A stretch of DNA of 58,296 bases from Chrysochromulina tobinii (taxonomy: Eukaryota). The translations under genes and the position numbers were made by a program. The notes below the pieces were generated by a model. That model was not told the origin of the DNA and ran no database searches. It saw nothing but the letters and a program-made list of their open reading frames with translations. This document shows positions 41,101 to 52,864 of the stretch, in pieces. The stretch covers positions 1 to 58,296 of the forward strand of contig JWZX01003314.1 of the NCBI GenBank assembly GCA_001275005.1, read 5' to 3'. Position 1 is the stretch's first letter; each line of letters opens with the position of its first letter.

Positions 41101-44100
41101 GAAGCGCTCCAACTGACGCCTGCCTTGTACCGCGACCGCCTTGAGGCCAACGAGGCCTGGGGCTACCAGCCTTGGCCCCTCTATCCACAGCCCACTGGCG
41201 TTCCCACAGCCCAAAGCCCATCGGGCATCCAGGTTTGCGACCCTAGGGGCCCCGGCGCACAGCAGTACTACGACTCGGTCGGGCTCTGCGTCTTCGACTT
41301 TTTCGTCGACGTGGCCATCGGCATCGACCTGCTCGTGGCACAGCTGCATACAGTGGGCGGGAGCGCCGCCAGCACGGCGAGGGCGGCTGACGCGCCCACG
41401 ACGGCGCGGCGCACGGCACGCCACATGCTCTTCTTCTCTTTGCTCTTCCTGGTCGCGGTGCTTGTCCTCGACATACTCTCCATCGCGGTTGCCGGCGTGC
41501 GCAGCGGCGGAGGCGCGGTATCGGACGCGGCGGCGCAGACGGCGAGCATCGTCTGGGCCGTACGGCTGCCGCTGCTCGTCCTCTTGCCACGTCACCTGTA
41601 CAGCCTAGAGGCGTGGCTACTCGAGCGCTCGCCGTCCACCGACATTCAGCACGTGCGCCTCGGCCGAATGCTTCTCGCCATCTTCGTGACCTCGCACCTT
41701 GCAGGCTGTATCTGGGCGATCATCGGCTTGCGAGATTTCCAGGCGACCTTCGTGTCCAATACGAGCGAGCACGCGTGGTCTGCGTACTCGTGGTGGGCGG
41801 GCGATGTTCTCATCATCGAGGGCGTGGCCACGTGTCAGTCGCTTGCGGTACTGGCGTGGCTGCGCGGCGTTTATATCGCATTCGGCACGCTCCTGATCAT
41901 CCCGATTGGCGACGTCGCGCCCACCACGATGAACGAGACGTACATCATGCTCTTCTTCATCCTCGTCCTGGCCACAGTGGTCGCAGCAGTCGAGGGCACG
42001 GTCGTCAACGTGATCGCGGCAATTGGCAAGGATGAGCACATGGAAGAGTGTGTGCTGGCCAACACGAAGAAGGTCATGATGAGCCATGCTGTCCCGCCGG
42101 TGCTCCAGGACCGCGTCATTCGTTACCTAATCGGGTCGGCCTACCGAGGCGTCGGCAAGAATCGCGCCGTGTTGAGCAAGCTGCCGCCGCAGCTCCAGCT
42201 GGAGACGTCGAAGGCGATCCGCCTTGAGTTGCTTCTCAAGACGAAGCTGGCTGAGCTTCTGCCGCGGGCCGTCCTCGGGTACATCACCAAGGAGATGAGC
42301 GATGTTTTCATCACGCCCGGCGAGCTACTCATGATCGAGGGCGACACAGGCACGTACGACATGTACGTCGTCGTCGAGGGCGTCTTCGAGATCGTCACGA
42401 CCGGCGGCCGCCTCAAAGTGCTCCAGACCCCCGTTCAGCGCCGCAAGAAAGCCGAAGCCCTCCTTGGCGAGAAGATGAGCTTCACCGAGCAGCAGATCGA
42501 ACACATCAAGTCGCAGGTTGTCGCCACTGTAAGCAGCGGCGCGGTGCTCGGCGAAGTTTCCTTCTTTCTGCAAGGCACCGCGCGCAATGCCTCGGTGCGC
42601 GCGGTGACGCGGGCGCACGTCATCCAACTGACGCGCCGGCAGCTCGACGCGGCGTGCGCGCTCTTCGGGCTGCATCGCGACGCGGCGTTCCTCGCGAAGC
42701 TCGAGTCGCTGGTGCGCACGATGGGCGTGAACCAGCGACTGATGAACGAGCGCATCGTGCGTGAAGCCATGGCGGAGGAGGCCTCGCTCCCCGGCACGAG
42801 CGACACGGATCGCTCCAGAAATGTCGGTCGAGGTCACGACACGGCGGTAGGGCTGGCGGCCTTGCCAAACACGAGCCATGCGCCCTCGACACCGCTCCAC
42901 ACGGCGCCCCGCTCCTTACCTGTTCGAATGTTGGCTGAGCCTCTGCGTTGGCTGAGCCTCGCCATCCCGAGGCGTGAGCGGCGGCCGCCCAGCACGGCGC
43001 CCAGCGCGGCGCCCAGCGCGGCGCCCAGCTTGCAGGTCGTGAGCGTCAGTGCCGAGGACGTCGAGAGCTCAGCTGTGACGCTCAGCAGTGACGCTGGGGT
43101 CGAGTTGCCTAATATGGTCAGTGTCGCTGGAGTCGAGCGCATTCCACAGCCGGCAGCGGAGCCCTTCGCTCAGACGGTAGCGAAGCCCTCTGCTCGGCCG
43201 CCAGCGGTTGAGGCGCCCGCCTCGCGACAGTCGTCAAGGCGCCCGAGTCAGGAGCGAGCCCTCCCCTCTGCCCGGCGGCCGGCGACTCCCCGGAGGCACG
43301 TCTATCCACCCTCGACGCTGCCGCGGATGCTGTGGGAATGGCTGATGACCGTGATCTCCTTCTATCTCGCGATCTCGATCCCGTTCATCATCGCCGCATT
43401 CGGTCCACGGAGCCCGGTGAGCGTCGACAGCGCGTGGGCCATTCTCGCGACGCAATGGGCCTGCGACGCGATCCTGCTGTGCGACTCGGTGCTGCGTGCC
43501 AACTGCTTCCCCTTCCTCCCTCGCGGGCGCGAGGTGTTCATGAAGTCCGAGCTCACCCACTCGGCGATGCGCGCGCACTACGTGCAGGCCAAGCTGCGCC
43601 TGGACGTGCTCGCCACACTGCCATATGAAGCCTTGGCGCCGATCGGGTTTGCGACGACGGGTGATACGAAGACGATCCTGCTCGCCGTTGCACTCCTGCG
43701 CCTGCCGCGCTTGCTGCGCTGCTCGCGCTGCCTCGAGCACTTCCGCGTGGCCTTTGGTTGGCTCCCCCCTCAGCTTTGTCTCTCGAAGGCTCAATCACGG
43801 ATGCTGCTGGTGTGGAGCCTCTGGCTCTACGTCGTGCATGCCTTCACCTGCTTTTTCCTCTTCGATGCGTACACGCTCCCCCTCTCCGCCCTCGGGCGCA
43901 ATTGGATGACCGAGGACCTCGCCTGGAAGCGTGCGGACTGGGCGCACGAGACCATTGGGCACTCATACGCGCGCGCGGCGCACTTTGTCCTCTCGCACAT
44001 GGCGACCCCCGGGCTCGGCGACGTGCGGCCGCAGAACGCGTGGGAGACAGGCTTCATCATGGTCCTCGTACTTGTCACAACTGCTCTCTATTCTTGCGTC

Positions 44101-45141
44101 ATCGGCTTAATCTCCTCGTATGCACGCCTCGGCGATGTCGAGGAGGAGCTGCTTATGACGCAGACCGACTACCTGCAGCACTACATGAGAAATCACCCGC
44201 TGCCGCACAGGCTGGCCAAGCGCATCACCTCCTACTATCGGCTGCTCTCGTCCAACCCCCGCGTCTCGCACGCGCACCTCCTCCAGGAGCTCCCGATCTT
44301 TCTGCGCCGCGACCTCGGCCTATGGATGCACCGCGACCACCTGCTCAACGTGCCCGCGCTCGCCAACCTCTCCTTCTTCCCTCTCGTCGAGCTCTGCGTC
44401 GCGCTCCAACCCGAACTCTTCCTCGAGGGCGACAACGTCATCACCAAGGGCGCACCCGCCACCAAGCTCTACCTGGTCGATGTGGGCAAGCTCCTGGTGC
44501 ACAACGGGAGCGAGCCTGCCGCCCGTGCCCGGTACAGCGAGACCGAGACCGATCTGTCCACGAGCCCGCCGCCGACCCCGACGGCCCGGCGGCGGTCCCT
44601 CTTGTTCAAGGACGCTCCCGACGTGCATTCGGCGGTGCTGGGGACTGTGGGGGTTGTGGGGACTATGGAGACTGCGGGGGAAGTGGGGGTTGTGGGGGCG
44701 GTGGGGACGGTGGGGACGTTGGGGACAGTGGTGACTGCGGAGACTGTGGAGGTTGGCACGGCCGATCTCTGGACGAGCGATCCATCGAGAGATGGCGTCT
44801 CGTCGGGAGATCTCTCGGGAGATGGCAAGGTGGGCGATGGCGAGGTAGACACCATCTCGTCGAGGCGGCACTCGATCTCGAGGGTCGCAACCGACGCGGC
44901 CCTCGAGCAGCTGCGGTCAGTCAGCCGCGGCTTCGTCGTCGGTCGCAAGGAGGCCGTCAACTATGTGGGGGTAGAGATGATTGCCTTCAATGGGTCGCAA
45001 TCGCCCGTGCTGTATGAAAGGTTCGTTGAGGCGGCGACGCACTGCCATCTGTTTGGGCTCAGCCTTGGTGCATGGAAGGGTCTATGCACCAAGTTTGCCG
45101 ACGAGCTCGGCCCAATCAGCCGAGGGGAGGCAGGCTTCTGA
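35192..45141 (+). CDS. Four-repeat cyclic-nucleotide-binding-domain cation channel (CNGK/tetraKCNG-like architecture)
   Basis: Four S4-like segments (LLRVLRL, LPRLVRL, VRLPLL, LRLPRLLR), four pore loops (TTVGFGD ~36423, STIGFGD ~38697, IIPIGD ~41897, ATPGLGD ~44002), each followed by a C-linker and CNBD. Intron 39021-39238 is in phase. Junctions at ~36100-36342 and ~39500-39990 are unresolved. Confidence 0.78.
36100..36379 (+). repeat. Complex duplicated, probably intronic region with a 48-bp direct repeat around a composite A+B insert
   Basis: 36252-36299 = 36332-36379, separated by ATTGCCACTGATGACCTGCCTTGCATGCAAGT. The reading frame changes across the region. Confidence 0.75.
39021..39238 (+). 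other. 218-bp intron ending in motif A (CCTCATCAG), with an internal copy of the exon-intron junction and GTGATGATGGC repeats
   Basis: ATG|GTCCGC...CTCATCAG|GTCCGC. 39002-39033 is recopied from ~39069; phase 0/0. Confidence 0.85.
39985..40084. repeat. 33-bp coding tandem repeat x3 (KLTGMEADRVS)
   Basis: Read directly. Confidence 0.9.
40498..40584 (+). repeat. 24-bp duplication bracketing (TCATCAAG)n; in-frame 63-bp insertion
   Basis: 40498-40521 versus 40561-40584 (1 mismatch), with about five 8-mers between them. Confidence 0.9.
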
Positions 45142-45997
45142 GCTGGAGAGGCAAACTTCTACGTGGCGTCTTGCGTTTCACGGGCGATCAAGGCGGTTGA
45201 GTAGACGGTGTACATGCGGTGCAGCGGGCTCACGGGTTGTGAGGTAGGGCAAGCAGTCTCACCTTTTCTTGAGCAGCCGTGCGGAGCGCGATGAGCGCTG
45301 TGGTGGGCGCGATCTGCCGTTGGGAAGAAATCGATTCGGATGTGGGACTTCTGAGTGGCTCGAGGATTTCGAAATAAGAGCGCATCTGGCCTTGACTGCG
45401 TGAATTTCCCGTCCAGGAGCAAATTTTATACGTATCCCGCTTGTTGGGATGAACTTGTTGAGATGAGTGTGCAGCGCGGCGTGAAGGCGGCGAGGAACCC
45501 ATTTGCCTATTGGGTCTCCGCTCGTCCCGCTTTCAGGGTCGGGTTCGGGTTCTAAGGCAACCATCGTGGCACGTGGGTTCGGTTAGGGTTCGCGGACCGA
45601 GTGGCAGTGGACCCAAGCTCCGTGGCGTCACAAAAATGACAATAACCCCCTCATAATGACATGCCGGTACGGTACTGTGCTCCTAAGAGACCCGGCTCAC
45701 CGCGCGGGAACGACCGCAGCACCCATGGCGGTCTAGGATCATGGCAGCACACCACTGGGGGGGGACACCGGTCGCATCTCGCATGTTCTCGCATGCTGCT
45801 CAAAGACGCATGATGCTCGCTACTCTGGCACTGGCTCCAGCGCCGGCTCCGGCTTCGGCTGAGGCCTCGGCACTGGGCATACCTCCGGCTCACTGATGTA
45901 CACCGTGGGCGGCTCCTGTGCACCATGCTGGCCCTTGCTGGCCGCCCGTCTCAAACTGAGCTCTGTCGACGCAACCGCGGGATGCCCGTCTGTAGCG

Positions 45998-46136
45998 GGG
46001 GCCGCGTTCGAAGCGGCAGGCAGGGCAGGTAGAGCGGCAGGTAGGGCAGGTAGAGCAGGTGGTAGGGCAGGTGGTAGGGCAGGTAGGGCTGGTGGTAGGG
46101 CAGGTAGAGCAGGTGGTAGGGCCGCGTTCTAAGCGG
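45998..46136. repeat. (GGTAGGGCA/GGTGGTAGGGCA)n array bracketed by an 18-bp direct repeat
   Basis: GGGCCGCGTTC(G/T)AAGCGG on both sides. Confidence 0.85.
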
Positions 46137-49100
46137 GGATCGGCAACATGTGCGCGCCACCGTCGCCGCGCTGTCGCAGAGTGATGTTCACCGCATAGTT
46201 AGCGTCTGGAAGGCGTGTGACAACGGCGTGGAATGGGGCCGCCTCCGCCTCCGCCTCCGCCTGCGCCTGCGCCTCCACCTCGCCAAAGGTAGCCTCGAAG
46301 AGGGCAGCCGCCAAGAGCTTCTCCGCCAGCGCCTCCACCTCCGCCTGCGCCTCCACCTCCGCCTCCGCCAGCGCCAGCGCCTGCGCCTCCGCCTCCGCCT
46401 CCAACTTGCCAAAGGTGATCTCGTAGAGGGTATCAGCCAAGAGCTCCTCCGCCGCGTTCGCTTGCAAATCGGGCTCTGCTGCGACCTCGGGCTGTGCTTC
46501 CACCTCGGCCTGTGCCTCCGTCTCGGGCTCTGCTGCCACCTTGGCCTGTGTCTCCGCCTCCGTCTGTGTTTTCGCCTCGGCTTCCAGATTGCGATCTGCC
46601 GCCTCTGCTTCCAGATTGCGATCTGCCGCCTCGGCTTCCAGATCGCGATCTGCCGCCTCGGCCGCCGCGGATTCGAAAGGCGAGGTGTCGCGAGCACGCC
46701 CGATTGCGCTCGCAACAGCGTTCACAACAGCGCTCAGATCGTCGCGAGCACCGGCGAGCGTGTGAATAGGCACGCCATGCGAGGCGAGCCACGGTCCGAG
46801 CTTTGCATCGGCACCACGGCTCGCATCTCCGGCTTGGACAGCGAGCAGCAGCGGCCCCGCTGCAGCGTGCAGCTTGTGCAGCTGGGAGCCCAAGCGCGGG
46901 AAGTTGGAGAGGATCACCGGCGGGGGGGACATTCGAATCGCATGCAGCAAGGCGGGAAGTAGCTGTGGGAAGCTCGGCAGCCCTCCCTCGCTGTCCAGCG
47001 TGATCAGCTCGGCACGACGCGTGATCAGCTCGGCGAGCGTGCTACCGACGGCGGCGTCGGCAGCCTCCTCCTCCCCATCAGCACCTTCCCCATCGGCCAG
47101 TGCCTCCGCCATCTCTGCCGCCACGCCAGCGAGGGTCTCGACATCGATCAACGTGCCTCCACAGCTGGTCGCTAACCGTCGACTCGTCTCTGCATGTTCA
47201 GACCCATAGACAAGGACGGTCGGCGAGGAGCACGGCGGCGGCGGCGGCGGCGGCGCGGGCGCGTCGCCGTTGCCGAGCCCGTCCCCGACAATCCGAACCG
47301 AGTAGTTGTCATCAGGTCCGAGGGTGATGACGGCCTGGAAGGGGGAGGGGGAGGGCGCCATCCGAACCGAATAGTTGTCATCAGGTCCGAGGGTGATGAC
47401 GGCCTGGAAGGGGGAGGGGGAGGGCGCCGTCTCGGGCGGCTCAACGTCCGACGCGTTAGCAGCCGTTGGCTCGACAGGCGCCGTCTCGGGCGCCGCCTCA
47501 CCGGTCGGCTCGACGGGCGCCGTCTCGGGCACCGCCTCACCGGTCGGCAGAGGGGTCTCCCGAAAGGCGATGCCCGCGGCACGCATGGCTTCCAACACGG
47601 CGCTCACCTCCGCCTCCGACGCCGTCGGTGCCCTGTGAACGTGAATGCCGCAGGCCTCGAGATTGCGATTCAAGCCCTCGTCCGTCGCGTCGCTGAGATC
47701 GCCAGCGAGCACCACCAGCGCCAACGGCCCCCCGATCGCCTGCTGCATCTTCGTGACGTGGCCGACCATCCGGGGATAGCCGTTGAGAACAAAGGGGGGC
47801 TCTCGCACCTTGATCGCCTGCAGCAGCACGGGCAGCACGTGCTTGAACTGGAGTAGGGCGCCGCCTGCCTGCATCGCAAGCAGCGCCGCGCCCTCAACGG
47901 TCGGAATCTCCGCCGCGAGATCGCAGAGCGCGGCCAGATCGAGCAGAGTGCCGCCACAGCGCGCTGCCACCGCCGGGCAGAGCGATGCATGCAACTGGCC
48001 AAAGAGAAGCACCACGGGCGCGGCGCCGTGATGGGCGCCGTGATGGGCGCCGTGATGGGCGGGCGCCGCGAACGCGACGGGCGCCGTGTCGGGCGCTCGT
48101 GTGTGCTCCAACGGCGCTCGCGACGGCGCTCGCGACGGCGCGGCTGTGTCGGCCGAGGCAGTGCCGGCCGTCTCAGGCAACTCAGCGACAGGGAGGATGC
48201 GAAGGAGATACTGCCGGCTGCCGTCGGCATCGTCCACCGGCCCGATGCGGGCCCGATATGGGAGAGGAGAGGGGAGGACGGTCCCTGTGGGGAGGACGGT
48301 CCTTTTGGACGTCGGGGAGGCGGCAGCTGGGGAGGCGGCAGCTGGGGTCGAAGCGCTCGTCGCGGCAGCCGTCTGCGCCTGCGCCTGCGCCTTCGCCGCC
48401 GCGTCCGCCGCCGCGCGCGCGGCTTCAGCTGCTGCTTTCGCGGCCGCCTTCGCGGCCGCCTTTGCGGCCGCCTTCGCCTCTGCCTTTGCCTCCGCGCGCG
48501 CAAGCTCGGCGGCGGCCTGCGCCTCGGCCGCATTCGCCGCCGCGTCCGCCGCCTCGAGCGCTAGCGCGAGCGCGTCCGCGATGATGGCGCGGGTGGCCGC
48601 CTCATCCGCCTCCGCCGCCAGCATCTTCTCGAGCTCACGAGCCTCAGTGGCGGCCGCCCGATGGTGTTCCACATCCACCTGGCCGCCTCTCCACATGGCC
48701 GCCTCGGCCTCGGCCGCCGCCTCCTCCGCCATCTCCGCGCGGTCACTCGCCTGCCTGTGCTGCGCCTCCTTCGCGTCCGCGAGCAGCTTGAGCTCTACGG
48801 CGCGCGCGCGCGCGGCCTCGCCTCGGGGAGTGGGCGGCTGGTCGCCCAAGATGGCAGAGGAGCTGGCATCGGGGTCTGGTGGGAGGACGGCCTGGGAGGG
48901 GGAGGGGGAGGGCGCCGTCTCGGGCGGCTCGTCGTCGGCGGCGCCGGCGCTCGGGCTCGCCATATTAGGCAACTCGGTACTCTCCAAAATAGGCAGCTGC
49001 ACGAGCCGAATCGAGCCGTTGACGAATTCGTCCCAGGTGAGATCTCCCGAGCCATCGGCGTCGATCTTGGAGAACATCTTGCCAATCCCTTTGAGGTCCT

Positions 49101-51947
49101 TCCCTCCAAAGTATTTGGCCATCACCTGCTGGTTCTTATGGACCGCTGAGCCCCACTCCTTGCCGCTGACCTTGCCGTCGCCGTTCTTGTCCAAACGATC
49201 CCACAGGGCCTTGAGCTCGGCCGCCCCTTGTTGGCTCTCGAGGGCCTGAGCGAGCCGCACGCTCCAGTCCATTTGCTGCAGCGCCGTCTCAAACTCGCCC
49301 CACGTGAGGTCGCCCGAGCCGTCCGCGTCGAGCTTCTTGAACATCTGGCCCACCTCGCCGATGGTGAGCCCGCCGAAGAAACGCCCCATCAGCTTCCAGT
49401 GCTGCCCGATAGCCTTGCCCCACTCCTTGGACGAGACGACGCCGCTCCCGTCGGTGTCGATTGAGTGGAACAACCTCCGCAGCTCCGCCTTCCCCTCCTC
49501 GCTCTCAAAGGCGTCGATGAACGCCTTCATCGGCGCGGCGAGAGAGCCCGCCGCCGCCGTACCCAGCGCCGTCGTCGGCGCTGCGGGCGAGCCTTGCGGT
49601 TCGCTCCCAGTCTCAGGAACGTCGGGCGGCGGCTGCAGAGGGGGCGGCGCGAGTGTGCCCGACTCGGCGCTCGGCACGTCCATATGAGGGCTGCCCTCAT
49701 CGCCCTCCTCCGCCCACACCGAGTTGGGAAGCGCCGTCTCGAGCGGCGGTTTCGCGTCCCCCGCTGCGCGAGCGTCGTCCTGAGCGTCCTCTGCGCGTCG
49801 TCGCGGGCTCCCCGGCGGCGCCACCTTGGGCGGTTCCACTCCCGGAGGACGGCGCATCTGGAGGATCCGCTCGAGCTCGGTCACCTGTGGGGAGAGGGGG
49901 GCAATGACGCCGTGGTGAGCACGTGCATGCTCGGGGCGCATCTGGAGGATCCGCTCGAGCTCGGTCACCTGCTGCACCAGCAGCTCGGGGGTAAGCGAGC
50001 CGCGGCTGCCGAGGGTGCGGCCCGCGCCCACCACGGCGCCCACTCCTCCGCCGGCGCGTCGGCCGTTGCCCGCCCAAGAGGTCACACCGAGCTTCGCCTG
50101 CGCGAGCTCGATGAGTTTGGCCGCCTCGTCGAATCGTAACGTCGACACGTCAAAGTTCGCGAGCGAGCCGCCGCCCGCGGGCGCCGTGAGCTCCAGCAAG
50201 ATACGCAGCACGCGCGTCGCTGTGGAGGCGTCCACCGTCGACGCGTCGGGCGAGGGCGTCGTCTTGGGCAGCCCGGCGCGAGGGAAGCTCGCGCCGTCTT
50301 GGGCGTCGCCCATCGCGCCGTCTTGGGCGTCGCCCACCCCGAGCGAGCTGCTCGAGAGCGCGGCGCTCAGCACGGCGCTGCCGGATCCGCACCCATTTGA
50401 CGAAACGCCGCGCGGGTCACCCGACGGGCCGCTCGCGTCGTTCTGGGCGCCGAGCTGCCGGGCGGCCTGCAGTGCAGGCGCGGCGCGGCGCGTGCCCTCC
50501 CCTCGGCGGCCCCCCTCCCCCCGAGGGCCCGCCAGCTTCGGCGCCGGCTTCGGGGCGCGCAACCCACCGCGCGCCATGGGCGACGCGGGTCGGGTGCCCA
50601 CAAGAGGACGTGTGAACACCTCAAGAGGACGTGTGAACACCCCGCTGGCGGCATACCCAGCGGGCGCCGTGGTGGGCGCCGTGTGCGGCGCCTCGGCTGC
50701 GCCGCCGGCGCTCGCCGTGGTGCGACCAAAGATGGCATTCGGGGGCTCTACGTAGCCTGAGACGAAGCCGGCTGGGGTCGTTCGGTGCGGCAGGGCGTGC
50801 TGCGTGCGGAAGGGCGCGAAGGCGCCGGTCGGCGGCGGCTGCTGTCCCGCGTCTCGGGGCGGCGAGGAGCCTGTCAGATGCCCGGTCAAGTGCGCCGTCG
50901 AGTGCTCGCGTGGGGAAGCTTCGGGAAAGTAGAACTCGAAGCCCCCAACCGTTGGCGGCGTGAGGCGCGCTGGGGCCGTGCGCCAGAGCACACCGACGGG
51001 CTGCTGGGACTCCTTCACATCCTGCTGCTGCTGGCGCACCTGTGGGGAGAGCAGGGCGCCGTGGTGAGCACATGCATGCTGGGACTCCTTCGCATCCTGC
51101 TGCTGCTGGCGAACCTGCTGCTGGCGCTGAAGCTCGTGGCGGTGCGCCCGCGCCACCTGCGCGCAAGTAGGACGCATGCATTCAGGCAGGGGCTCTTTGC
51201 AAGCAATCACCTCTGCCTCCGTCGGCAACCTCATCTCCCACGGCGCATGCAATCAGAAGGCAGGGGCTCTTTGCATGCAATCACCTCTGCCTCCGTCGGC
51301 AACATCTCCCACGGCGTAGGCGTGATGGCCGTCTGGCGGTCATCCCACGCGGGCTTGGCCCTGGGGCGCGGCAGCACGGGCGCCTTGCGCGGCCGTGGCA
51401 CCTCCGTCAGCGTCGCGTGCTCCGACAGCCTCACGCCCCCGACCGCCGCCGTCCGTGCGCTGCTAGCACCGAGCCGCTGGCTCGCCGCCGCCGCCTCGCG
51501 TACAGGGCTGTCAGCGCTCGCCGGATCCACGGGCCCCGAGGCGGCAGAACGCGGGCGCATCGCGCCGTTCTCGCTCGCCAGGAGCGAGCCCTCGGTCCGC
51601 GTGCTCGAGCCGCGCGGGGCGCTGTACTTGTAGCGCAGCGCGTCGGCGCTCGCCGACGTGTGTGCGAGCAGGTCGCCGAGGAGTGCCGCCGCCTCCGCGT
51701 CAGGCATCAGCTCCCCGTCCAGGAGCCGCGAAAGCGCCAAGTCCGCGCCACGTGCAGTATGGCGAACGGACTCGGCCGTCTGGAAAACTGATGCGAGCAG
51801 ATCGTCCTCGCGTTTGCGCGACTCGTCTGAGTGGCGTCGCTGCCGCTGCTGCTGGAGCGCCGCCTCCGTCTCGGCGAGCTTGGCCTTGAGCGCCGCCTGC
51901 CTCTGCTCGAGGACGGTGATTTCCTTTCCTGGCACGGCGTTCCTCAT
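46129..51947 (-). CDS. Large EF-hand protein with coiled coils and two degenerate adenylate-kinase-like domains; intron 51157-51284, probably also 51040-51114 and 49885-49968
   Basis: Four canonical EF loops (DTDGSGVVSSKE, DADGSGDLTWGE, DKNGDGKVSGKE, DADGSGDLTWDE). AK-like motifs FVLNGYPR and VILSNFPR, without an intact P-loop. Confidence 0.8.
49885..49968 (-). other. 84-bp probable intron: perfect 37-bp CAG|GT duplication plus motif B insert
   Basis: 49851-49887 = 49935-49971; insert GCATGCACGTGCTCACCACGGCG..CTCTCCCCACAG. Confidence 0.78.
51040..51114 (-). other. 75-bp probable intron: 41-bp duplication (2 mismatches) plus motif B insert
   Basis: 51002-51042 versus 51077-51117; insert TGCATGTGCTCACCACGGCGCCCTGCTCTCCCCACAG. 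Confidence 0.78.
51157..51284 (-). other. 128-bp intron starting GTGATTGCATGCAA, with an internal ~60-bp copy of the exon-intron junction
   Basis: GAG|GTGATT...GCGCAG|GTG, phase 0/0, joining ORFs 51231-51947 and 46129-51252. Confidence 0.82.
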
Positions 51948-52864
51948 TCCAGAGCCAACGACCGGCCTAGCGCTGTCGTGAGCGGTTCACAGCGGCACAC
52001 TCCGCACGCATGCACAACTGCATAAGCCCGAGTTGAACGGCATGGACGGCACCATTTCCAGTTACGATGCCGACACGCGCTACACGATCTCTTGGGCTTT
52101 CGATTTTACCTCCATGTGCGAGCGAGCAGCGAGGTGCATGTGTGGGGCAGTCTGCCCTAGTACTGCCCAAGGCCCAATAAAACGATGGTGAATAACGAGG
52201 TGAAGACCATGGGCGCGAAACGCAAGCGCGGACGCGCCGGCCAGAGGGTAACACATGTGAATGGCTTTCATCCCCACATCTCGCCACACTACTACATCGC
52301 GATATACCGCTCTGAATTGAAATGTAAATTTAATGTTGTACATTGTAATCACGAAAAAACAACGTATTACGTAAAACGTCTCTCTCTCTGTCTTGTCTCC
52401 AATTGAGCCCTGCAATTTCCCTATTCAATTTGAGTCTGAGTCACTCTCGGTACACCTACGGTTCAGCGTACACCTACGGTTCTACGGTACACCCACACCC
52501 ACGGTTCTACTCCACCCAGCACAGCACGGCTTACCCACGGCTACGCCTTGCACTTTCCACTTACGTTGCACACTTGTACTACATGTAAGTGCTGTGTCAA
52601 GTGTGCACTGTGCATGCACATGCAGCGCCTGTTGCGCCTCGGCCTGTACAAGCCTCACCCCTCGGCCTTTTATAGCCTTGCGACCATGCGACCCTCGGCC
52701 CGCCGATCCGCAGACCCCCCTTCACACATCTCCCCTTCACACTTCTGTGCACTGTGCTCGTCATCTTGTTAAAGTTATGCTCAGACGGCGTTGGGGTCCT
52801 CCGTCCTCTTCCGTGGGGTCTGGTTACCCTTGGGTGATTACTAATTGCGTGGACACTCATGTGT

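Noticed and set aside
45530..45592. Telomere-like GGGTTC/GGTTAGGG tract
   Set aside because: Too short and degenerate to call an interstitial telomere or element.
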